Part shown: positions 56,794-64,000 of the stretch, in pieces
Numbering within the stretch: the stretch's first letter is position 1
Layout of the letters: every line of letters starts with the position of its first letter
Assembly (NCBI GenBank): GCA_036506215.1
Contig: DASXSC010000093.1
Coordinates: 386 to 64,385 of the forward strand
Length of the DNA: 64,000 nt
Reading direction: 5' to 3'
Source: Pyrinomonadaceae bacterium
GTDB lineage: Bacteria > Acidobacteriota > Blastocatellia > Pyrinomonadales > Pyrinomonadaceae
Position numbers and translations under genes: made by a program
The notes under the pieces: generated by a model
Seen by the model: only the letters and a program-made list of their open reading frames with translations
What the model was told of the DNA's origin: nothing
The model's database searches: none

Positions 56794-57019
56794 GAAGTAA
56801 GCGTCGGGTTTCGCTTGTCTGAGAGAGTTGTTATCGGGGCAAATAACCTGCTGATCAGCAAACTCTTAATCGCTTTGGGCAGATGATGCCATTGGCTTGA
56901 GAAACAGTCAACAACCATCAACTAGTAACAACATTATTTCGGTAGCAGTTTAATTGCGGATTTGTTGCATCGCCTCTCGCTGAGGCAGCACGCGCTCTTA
57001 TCTTTTCAGTTGTGAATTA

Positions 57020-57679
57020 CTACGGTCTCGGCGAACCTTCAAATATCTCCCTAATTCTCCACAAATCATCGGAGGCGCGGCTTTTTTGGCCCCGAGCCTC
57101 TCGCCTGGCCTCGCGTTCGGCATTTCGTTTCAACCGTCGCGCCTCGATTCGCTCGAAGCGACGCAATTCTTTTTCGTCTCCCAGATTGCCGGCTCCATCT
57201 TGCCAGGTCTCATTTGCTTGTCCTGATTTAGCACTTTGTGAGAACGGCGGTGTCGGCTTTCGAGCCTTCGTAGCCGCAGCATTTTTGCGCCCGTCCCCGG
57301 TTACCAGATCCTCAATATCCTCAGAAGTGGAAGATGCAGAGGCATGCAAGTCCGATGTTGTACCTCCGCTGACACTGGAAAGAGATTGGCCGTCAGGTAC
57401 TACCGGCTCAGGATTTCGACTGCCTGTCTCAACAATCGCCGTCGCCTGTTTCTGACCACGCTGCTTGTAAATAATACTGGCGCCGAAAGCTCCAGCCATG
57501 ACTGCAAGTACGATCGACAATCCGAAGGCCAAACGTGTTCCCGAACGCGCTTGCGGCCTGACGTCCCCTAGGGGAACAACCCGCCGCGCCGAAAGCAGAG
57601 TTGCTTCTTCGTCAAAGTGCGGCTCAGAAAGTTGCAAATCCGCGCCAAAATATTGCTGGTCGGTAACATTAGATTCCAT
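57020..57679 (-). CDS. Hypothetical single-pass membrane protein with low-complexity, basic C-terminus
   Basis: One TM helix (LAFGLSIVLAVMAGAFGASII) and a Ser/Thr- then Arg/Glu-rich tail. Confidence 0.45.
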   Translation of the reverse strand: MESNVTDQQYFGADLQLSEPHFDEEATLLSARRVVPLGDVRPQARSGTRLAFGLSIVLAVMAGAFGASIIYKQRGQKQATAIVETGSRNPEPVVPDGQSLSSVSGGTTSDLHASASSTSEDIEDLVTGDGRKNAAATKARKPTPPFSQSAKSGQANETWQDGAGNLGDEKELRRFERIEARRLKRNAEREARREARGQKSRASDDLWRIREIFEGSPRP

Positions 57680-57885
57680 ATGAATTCCAAGCCGCAGGAC
57701 GATCGTCGCCTTAGGTCTGACAGTTTGTTTGCAAGATGGAGGCCAAACGAGTAGTTGCGGTTCTGTTTACGTCTAATTCAATGGAGAGAGTAGTTGGCAG
57801 ACAAGCTGCGTGAAATCAGGTAACGATATCGTGCACCAAAACAACGCGTCCGTCTGTCCGGCAGATTGGCGCGAAGTTTTGATTC

Positions 57886-59805
57886 CTATCGTCCCATTTT
57901 CTGCAGCTTTGCTCGGCGGTCATCTAACACATCAATACTTTGCTTTACGCGAGTGTAAATGCCATCAGCATCGAGGCCATATTTTGCCAGCAGAAGCTTG
58001 GGGTCGCCATGTGTTACCAGGCGATCGGGAATCCCCATTCTAACGACGCGCACCTTGTCCTGCAGGCCGTTTTCTTCCAGCAGCTCCAAAACCGCTGACC
58101 CAAAACCACCCGCCAGGTACGCCTCTTCGACAGTGACAATCAGCCGTTTAGTTTGCGCCAAAGCAAGCAGTAGTTGCGCATCCAGTGGTTTGACGAACCT
58201 GGCATTCACTACCGTAGTCTCGATTTTCTCTTTCGCCAGATTCTCGGCCGCCTGCAATGCGGGGTGAACCATCGAGCCATAAGCGACGATCGCGACTTCG
58301 CCGCCGTCGCGAAGGATCTCGCCTTTTCCGATTTCGAGAAGTTGCGGCGAACGATCAATGTCTACTCCAACGCCATTGCCGCGCGGGTAACGCATCGCCG
58401 CCGGACCCACGTGCTCGATCATCGTTAACAACATGTCGCGCATTTCGCCTTCGTCCTTAGGTGCCATCACGGCGATGTTAGGAACGGCGCGCAGATATGC
58501 AATGTCGAGAAGTCCGTGGTGAGTTGGACCGTCGCCGCCTGCAACTCCTCCGCGATCCAGGCAAAACTTAACGTTTAGATTCTGAATACAGACGTCGTGG
58601 ATTAACTGATCGAATCCTCGCTGGAGGAATGTCGAATAAATTGCGCAAACCGGCTTCAGGCCTTCGCAAGACATTCCGGCGGCAAAGGTGACGCAATGTT
58701 GTTCGGCGATTCCCACGTCGAAGGAGCGCTCGGGAAATCTCTCGAGCGCTGTGCAAACACCGGTGCCATCAGGCATCGCCGCCGTTAAAGCAATGATCTT
58801 TTCGTCCTTCTCCATCAAATCTGCCAGGCTATTACCGAAAACAGCCGTATAGGTAGGAGCGCTCGCTTTCGACTTAATTGCTTTGCCGCTCTGCAGGTCG
58901 AAAGGGCCGGTCGCATGCCAACGATAGTAATCCTTCTCAGCCTGCGGATGGCCTTTGCCCTTGGTGGTTAACGCATGAACAATTACCGGGCCGTCCTTTA
59001 TTTGTTTAGCTTCACGCAGCGCCGCTACCAGAGCGCGCGGGTTGTGACCATCGACGTAGCCGATGTACTTGAATCCAAGCTCACTAACGAGCGCGCCGGG
59101 GAGTACAGCCGCGGCGATCGCATCTTTCACAGTCTTGGCGGCGTGATGGAGACGTTCGCCCACAGACGGAATCGCCAGCAGCGTCTCTTCGACCTCATCT
59201 TTGAAACGATGGTAATTGTGAGCACCCCGTATGCGATTGAGATAACCTGTCAACGCACCCACGGCCGGCGCAATAGACATCTCGTTGTCGTTGAGAACAA
59301 CGATCAGCCGGCTCTTGAGGTGACCGGCCTGGTTGATCGCTTCCATCGCCATACCCCCGGCCAGCGACGCGTCACCGATCAATGCCACCACATGATAGTC
59401 ATCACCCTTACGATCGCGAGCGATCGCCATGCCGAGGGCAGCGGAAAGCGAAGTGGAAGCATGGCCGGCGCCAAACGTGTCATACTTCGATTCGTCCCGG
59501 CGCAAGAAGCCGCTCAGCCCGCCATACCGTTTGATCGTCGGCAGTAATTCGCGGCGACCCGTCAGAATCTTATGGGCGTAAGCCTGGTGTCCCACATCCC
59601 AGACAAGACGGTCTCGAGGTGTTTCGAAGGCGTAGTGGAGTGCCACAGCCAGTTCAATCGCCCCTAGAGAAGCGCCGGTGTGGCCACCAATCCGCGACAT
59701 CGTTTCTAAAATGTACTGCCGAATCTCGTCGGCCACGGGCTGCAACTGCTCTAAGGGCAGCCGCCGCAGGTCTGCAGGTGAGCTTATAGTCTCAAGAAGA
59801 TCCAT
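57886..59805 (-). CDS. dxs: 1-deoxy-D-xylulose-5-phosphate synthase
   Basis: GGHTGASLGAIELAVALHY, GDASLAGGMAMEA, 639 aa. Confidence 0.95.
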   Translation of the reverse strand: MDLLETISSPADLRRLPLEQLQPVADEIRQYILETMSRIGGHTGASLGAIELAVALHYAFETPRDRLVWDVGHQAYAHKILTGRRELLPTIKRYGGLSGFLRRDESKYDTFGAGHASTSLSAALGMAIARDRKGDDYHVVALIGDASLAGGMAMEAINQAGHLKSRLIVVLNDNEMSIAPAVGALTGYLNRIRGAHNYHRFKDEVEETLLAIPSVGERLHHAAKTVKDAIAAAVLPGALVSELGFKYIGYVDGHNPRALVAALREAKQIKDGPVIVHALTTKGKGHPQAEKDYYRWHATGPFDLQSGKAIKSKASAPTYTAVFGNSLADLMEKDEKIIALTAAMPDGTGVCTALERFPERSFDVGIAEQHCVTFAAGMSCEGLKPVCAIYSTFLQRGFDQLIHDVCIQNLNVKFCLDRGGVAGGDGPTHHGLLDIAYLRAVPNIAVMAPKDEGEMRDMLLTMIEHVGPAAMRYPRGNGVGVDIDRSPQLLEIGKGEILRDGGEVAIVAYGSMVHPALQAAENLAKEKIETTVVNARFVKPLDAQLLLALAQTKRLIVTVEEAYLAGGFGSAVLELLEENGLQDKVRVVRMGIPDRLVTHGDPKLLLAKYGLDADGIYTRVKQSIDVLDDRRAKLQKMGR

Positions 59806-59956
59806 TTGCGCAGTATTGTAACTTGGCAGTTCAGATTTTTACTACTTACAAGATTTTGAAATACTCGGAGGACCTGGGCGACATTCCCAACCAGCCTCCT
59901 CCTTTGTACTGTAAAGTACTCTGCCTCACTTAAAAAGTCAATGGTCAATTGTTTCC

Positions 59957-60458
59957 GGTACTGATGCAGGTTTGAACTATGCGCAGATTTAGCAAGATGC
60001 GGTCCGATGAGTCAGTGCCACCAAGCGGGTAGCACCGGATGCTCGAGTCAACTTTGGCGTAGTAATGCAGAACCGAGCGCGGTAGCGCCGGATGCTAAAG
60101 TCAACTTTGGAGTAGTGATGCAGAACCGAGCGGGGTAGCGCCGGATGCTAAAGTCAACTTCAAACATTTGCCCAGTGGCAGCATCCGCACAAGCGAAGGC
60201 TGGAAATTAATAGGTGCCGCCTGTAACAAGTCTCTTCCGCCAATCCTCGTACAATCACTACGCCAAAGTTGACTTTAGCATCCGGCGCTACCGCGCTCGG
60301 TTCTGCATTACTACGCCAAAGTTGACTCCAGCATCCGGCGCTACCGCGCACCGTTCTGCATCATTACGCCAAAGTTGACTCCAGCATCCGGCGCTACCGC
60401 GCACGGTTCTGCATGGAGTGCGTTGAAGTTGACTCTAGCATCCGGCGCTACCGTGAGG
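59957..60458 (+). repeat. Family-B element: ~85-nt conserved head followed by opposed arrays of 53-bp tandem units (2.5 forward, ~4 reverse)
   Basis: Forward units at 60028-60080, 60081-60133 and 60134-60160 (partial). Reverse-complement units at ~60256-60455. Unit: ggtagcgccggatgctaaagtcaactttggNgtagtRatgcagaaccgagcg. Confidence 0.8.
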
Positions 60459-60631
60459 TGGTTACCTCATGGGACCGAAACTTTCGAACTGACGGTAATA
60501 TTCAAACCGCATCCCCACCTTCTTTCCAAACTAATTCAGGCACTGCCACGTCTAAAGTCTCAGAAACCAGGTTAGCCTATCGCCAGTCTGCTTCTGCAAA
60601 CCAGATTAAGGGCAAAAGGAGTTGGAGAGAA

Positions 60632-61186
60632 ATGTTTTTACGAAAAGGTCTGTTTGTAATCTCAGGGATCATTTTAGCTTGTGGGATCGTTACTTTCGCC
60701 CAGGAACCTCAGCCACAGATGCCTGCTGTGCGGGACGAAGCCTTCCAAAAAGAAAGGCTTGAGCGGAGGGAACGTCAGCGCGAGCGGTTGGGCCGCCAGG
60801 AGGGAATCCGGGGACATGATCTGGTGCGCCGCCGCGGCGCCGGCATGGGTCACTTGATGCGTGAACTGAATCTCACTGAAGAGCAGCGACAGCAAAGTCA
60901 CGCAATCGTACAGCGCCGCCTGGAAAGCATTAAGGCCCAGCGCGAAGAACTGTTCAAGCTGCGCGAAAAACGAATTGCAGGCACGTTCACAGCCGACGAT
61001 GAAGCTCGAGCAAAAAATTTGCGTCAGGAAATCCGTACGACGATGGCAGGTGTAAGCACCGAGATGGCTGGGGTTTTAACTGTTGAGCAGAAGGGCAAAT
61101 TGGAGCAATTGAAACAAGAACGCAAAGAGAAATTTGAACAGAGAATGAAGGAACGTCAGAAGCGTTTGAACCAAAACCCCGAGTAG
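60632..61186 (+). CDS. Periplasmic Spy/CpxP-family (LTxxQ) protein, second paralog
   Basis: SD aaaggag upstream of ATG 60632; signal peptide MFLRKGLFVISGIILACGIVTFAQ; LNLTEEQRQQ and LTVEQKGKLEQL. The annotated 60413 start lies inside the repeat array. Confidence 0.7.
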   Translation: MFLRKGLFVISGIILACGIVTFAQEPQPQMPAVRDEAFQKERLERRERQRERLGRQEGIRGHDLVRRRGAGMGHLMRELNLTEEQRQQSHAIVQRRLESIKAQREELFKLREKRIAGTFTADDEARAKNLRQEIRTTMAGVSTEMAGVLTVEQKGKLEQLKQERKEKFEQRMKERQKRLNQNPE

Positions 61187-61208
61187 TTACCCTACTTCTT
61201 TTGAGGAG

Positions 61209-61248
61209 AGGCCTGGCTGCCTTGGGCGCGCCAGGCCTTTTCGTTTGC
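61209..61248 (+). terminator. Rho-independent terminator
   Basis: Stem aggcctggc/gccaggcct (61209-61217 / 61230-61238) followed by TTTCGTTT. Confidence 0.6.
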
Positions 61249-61338
61249 AGACTTCTCGCTTGACGATCTGCGCCGCGATCCTTTCGGCACACTCGGTAAT
61301 TCTGTGTCGCGCTGACAGGCAGCGATCAGCGGTTTGTT

Positions 61339-61833
61339 TTAAGTCAGCTGTGCCCGCCGTCCGATTTCAATGGGCTGCGGAACTTCAGTAGTACAACAGA
61401 GGTCGCTGGCCGGCAGATTATCTTCCAGAACCACGAATGCCTCCCATTCATTTCCATCCGGATCCCGAACCCAGGTCTTGTCCTGAACGGCGTAGCAGCA
61501 GTTGGTCCGCATCTCGTCGCGCGTCCCAAGTCCGGCGTCGGACCATTTCTGACGCATAGCCAGGACGTCTTCGGTTGAGGCGAGTTGAATTCCCAGGTGT
61601 GACAGCGCGCCACGTTCACCAAATTGGTTCTGATTTAATGTGAGATTTAGGGGCGGATTTTGCACATCGAATTTAGCGTAGCCCGCACGAACTTTGCTGG
61701 GTTCTATTCCCAGCAGCTTCCGGTAAAATTCGATACTTTTCTCCACGTCACGAACGTTAAGAGCCAAATGCGCTTTGAGTGCCCTTACTGAATTTTCTGG
61801 CTTGCCTTCCATCTCTTCCTCCTCTATATTCAT
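61339..61833 (-). CDS. ArsI/CadI-family VOC (glyoxalase-fold) metalloenzyme
   Basis: HLALNVRDVEKSIEFYRKLLG VOC motif and a vicinal Cys pair (TNCCYAVQDKTWVRDPDGNEWE), as in ArsI/CadI. Confidence 0.65.
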   Translation of the reverse strand: MNIEEEEMEGKPENSVRALKAHLALNVRDVEKSIEFYRKLLGIEPSKVRAGYAKFDVQNPPLNLTLNQNQFGERGALSHLGIQLASTEDVLAMRQKWSDAGLGTRDEMRTNCCYAVQDKTWVRDPDGNEWEAFVVLEDNLPASDLCCTTEVPQPIEIGRRAQLT

Positions 61834-61893
61834 ATTCGTTTACGCGAATGTATAGCACAATACGCCCTGGGCGTCATATCTGTCAACCCATAT

Positions 61894-62418
61894 GTGAGGA
61901 TGGTGTGGAGGGTGGCTGAACGCGAGCTTCAAATCAGACCTCTGGTTGAAACAGACTGGGAGTCTGTGCGTTCAATCTACCTCGCCGGCATTGCCACCGG
62001 CCTCGCAACTTTTGAAACGGAGGCGCCAAGCTGGGAGCGGTGGAACAACGCTCATCTGCCTGCCCCGCGCCTGGCAGCCATTTCCAGCCAGGGTATGGTC
62101 GGGTGGGCGGCGCTGACGTCAGTGTCAGGACGCGCTGCCTATGCAGGCGTAGCGGAAGTGAGCGTCTATATCGCCGGAGAAAGACGGGGCCAGGGAATTG
62201 GTCGCCTGTTGCTGGAAGGTCTTGTAAATGAATCGGAGCAGAACGGTATCTGGACGCTGCAAGCCAGCATCTTTCCGGAAAATATTCCCAGTATTTCCCT
62301 GCACAAATCGTGCGGATTTCGCGAGGTGGGAAAACGCGAGCGCATTGGCAAACTGAAAGGCGTCTGGCGGGACACAATCCTTCTGGAAAGACGAAGCACA
62401 CTGGTTGGCTGCGATTAA
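61894..62418 (+). CDS. GNAT N-acetyltransferase, phosphinothricin-acetyltransferase/ArsN1-like
   Basis: IRPLVETDWESVRSIYLAGIATGLATFE and RGQGIGRLLLEGL (acetyl-CoA site). Start codon uncertain. Confidence 0.65.
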   Translation: MRMVWRVAERELQIRPLVETDWESVRSIYLAGIATGLATFETEAPSWERWNNAHLPAPRLAAISSQGMVGWAALTSVSGRAAYAGVAEVSVYIAGERRGQGIGRLLLEGLVNESEQNGIWTLQASIFPENIPSISLHKSCGFREVGKRERIGKLKGVWRDTILLERRSTLVGCD

Positions 62419-62561
62419 CTCCAGAAACCATGAGGCAATTTCCGGCAAAAGATCCGGATAGAAACAATTGCGGTTTTGGACTTAAATAAGTCTCCCTAAA
62501 AGGAACTCTGGAGCGGTCAAAGTCGTAATAATTAAACTACCAAATAGGTAAACAATACGGC

Positions 62562-62954
62562 ATGGGCACTAAGGAATATAGCATCGCGCTGCTGTTTAAG
62601 GCGCTGGCGGATCGCACGCGTTTGCGGCTAATCAATCTGATGGGCGATGACGAAGTTTGCGTATGTTTCTTTGTCGAAGTATTGAAGATAAATCAGCCAA
62701 AAATCTCGCGGCATCTCGCTTACTTGAGGCGCGCTGGAGTGGTCTCGGCGCGCCGGGAAGGCAAATGGATTCACTATCGAATTGTTGAACCGCCGGACCC
62801 TCGCGCTGCCAATATCTTTCGTGAAGTCCGCACCTGGCTGGCGAACGAAGCAGCGATGAAAAGCGATCGCGCCCGTTTCGAAAGGATCTGCTGCGGGCCA
62901 AAGCTTCCAGTTCAACTTCAGCGAGCCCCGCTTCCTGCCAGCCTGGTGGCCTGA
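62562..62954 (+). CDS. arsR: ArsR/SmtB family metalloregulator
   Basis: LADRTRLRLINLM, a CVC metal(loid)-binding motif (EVCVCFF) and the HTH segment ISRHLAYLRRAGVV. Confidence 0.8.
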   Translation: MGTKEYSIALLFKALADRTRLRLINLMGDDEVCVCFFVEVLKINQPKISRHLAYLRRAGVVSARREGKWIHYRIVEPPDPRAANIFREVRTWLANEAAMKSDRARFERICCGPKLPVQLQRAPLPASLVA

Positions 62955-62986
62955 CAAACGTCACATACACAAGGAAGGAATGAACA

Positions 62987-63967
62987 ATGGTTACAGCTAT
63001 CGAACCACTACTGCGTGAACAATTAATCGACCGCCGTCACAAATTGGAAGACGCCGCGGGTGCTTTTCACCGGCCTGCGGAGCTGACGCGACTTTTGGAA
63101 GAAGTTGACGCTGCTTTACATCGCATGGATATCGGCGTTTATGGCCTGTGTGAGGTTTGTCATGAGCCGGTGGAAACGGAGCGACTGATCGCTGATCCGT
63201 TGACGCGTTTCTGTCTGGGTGATCTTACTCCTCGCGAGCAGCGGGCACTCCAGGAAGACCTGGATCTCGCAGCACAAATTCAAACCGGATTGTTGCCTTC
63301 GCCCACGCAGAAGATCGACGGCTGGGAGGTCTGTTATCACTACGAGCCCGCCGGCGCGGTGAGTGGGGACTATTGCGACTTAATCAAGGGTGAGGACCAG
63401 TCTCTCCATTTCGTGCTTGGCGACGTTTCGGGCAAAGGCGTGGCGGCTTCAATGTTGATGGCCCACCTCCACGCGATGTTTCGCACCCTCAGTTCAATCA
63501 ACCTGCCGCTGGAGCAAATGGTTGAGCGCGCGAGTAGAGTTTTCTGCGAGAGCACCTTGCCTACCCAATACGCTACTCTCGTTTGCGGCCGGGCCAATAC
63601 GAGCGGTGAAGTGGAACTTTGTAACGCCGGACATGTGCCGCCACTCCTGGTTCAGGAAGGCAAGGTTACCAGCATTGCGGCGACCGGTCTGCCGGTTGGC
63701 GTGTTCTGCAGTGAAAGTTTTTCTGTAAACCGAGTTCTTATGAACAAGGGTGACACGTTATTTCTTTACACCGACGGGTTATCGGAAAGTTTGGATGGAG
63801 CGGGTAACGAGTACGGCGCCGATCGACTGAGGCAACTCCTGAACGACAACCACAATCTTTCGCCTGATTCAATCGTCTCGCTCTGCAGGAAGGAGTTGCA
63901 TACTTTTGCTGAGGGAAGGTTACCGGGAGATGATTTGACGCTCATGGCGATCAGGCGCACAAAGTAG
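62987..63967 (+). CDS. DksA/TraR-type zinc-finger domain fused to a PP2C/SpoIIE-family phosphatase
   Basis: [30 protein letters not shown] (CxxC...C-x2-D). SGDYCDLI...[19 protein letters not shown] and LFLYTDGL (SpoIIE/PP2C). Confidence 0.7.
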   Translation: MVTAIEPLLREQLIDRRHKLEDAAGAFHRPAELTRLLEEVDAALHRMDIGVYGLCEVCHEPVETERLIADPLTRFCLGDLTPREQRALQEDLDLAAQIQTGLLPSPTQKIDGWEVCYHYEPAGAVSGDYCDLIKGEDQSLHFVLGDVSGKGVAASMLMAHLHAMFRTLSSINLPLEQMVERASRVFCESTLPTQYATLVCGRANTSGEVELCNAGHVPPLLVQEGKVTSIAATGLPVGVFCSESFSVNRVLMNKGDTLFLYTDGLSESLDGAGNEYGADRLRQLLNDNHNLSPDSIVSLCRKELHTFAEGRLPGDDLTLMAIRRTK

Positions 63968-64000
63968 TAGGACACATCTGAAGTTGGCTCTGTTGTGGTT

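Noticed and set aside
60028-60458. Possible CRISPR array (regularly spaced ~25-bp 'repeat' ggtagcgccggatgctaaagtcaac)
   Set aside because: - The ~28-bp 'spacers' between the repeats are nearly identical to one another (tttggNgtagtRatgcagaaccgagcg), so these are 53-bp tandem units rather than repeat-spacer units.
- Half of the units are in inverted orientation.
- There are no cas genes in the window.
60160-60631. ORFs 60160..60351(-) and 60375..60575(+), and the 73-aa N-terminal extension of ORF 60413..61186
   Set aside because: They lie entirely within the tandem/inverted repeat array. The Spy-like protein has an SD plus a signal-peptide start at ATG 60632.

Overview
This 64-kb bacterial chromosomal window has moderately high GC and about 40 genes. 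TonB-dependent receptors with a carboxypeptidase-regulatory-like N-terminus, many ECF/Spy-type genes and dense palindromic intergenic repeats suggest an Acidobacteriota-like soil organism; that assignment is inference only. I recognised no rRNA, tRNA, CRISPR array, transposase or integrase.

Layout:
- (i) 0.5-26.7 kb: a cell-surface polysaccharide locus. It encodes two AsnB-type amidotransferases, a bi-domain oxidoreductase, several glycosyltransferases (GTs), a SAM methyltransferase, a Wzm/Wzt ABC exporter, a heparinase II/III-like protein and WecB/WecC. A 1210-aa secreted beta-propeller/di-haem protein interrupts it.
- (ii) 26.7-41.5 kb: accessory genes. These are a DUF4919 protein, an amino-acid permease, a 1313-aa NB-ARC-like STAND NTPase with one transmembrane (TM) helix and nine Cys-pair Ig-like repeats, a small partner ORF that shares its N-terminal motif, a TonB-dependent receptor, a beta-helix glycosidase-like protein, and an ECF sigma/anti-sigma/Spy-like triad.
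- (iii) 41.75-49.73 kb: a segment bracketed by two copies of a MITE-like (miniature inverted-repeat) element. It carries a short family-A DNA polymerase and a translationally coupled gene pair. The first gene encodes a TIR + DUF4062-like multi-domain protein. The second encodes a membrane-spanning 'novel STAND' NTPase with coiled-coil and TPR regions. This pair is my best candidate for an undescribed conflict/defence system.
- (iv) 49.7-64 kb: housekeeping genes (MFS transporter, queF, rhomboid, glutamate-type symporter, nadK, tlyA, dxs), an arsI/arsN/arsR-like trio and a DksA-zinc-finger-PP2C fusion.

At least five families of palindromic or tandem intergenic repeats are scattered through the window. 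All assignments come from reading motifs in the supplied translations; no database search was possible.
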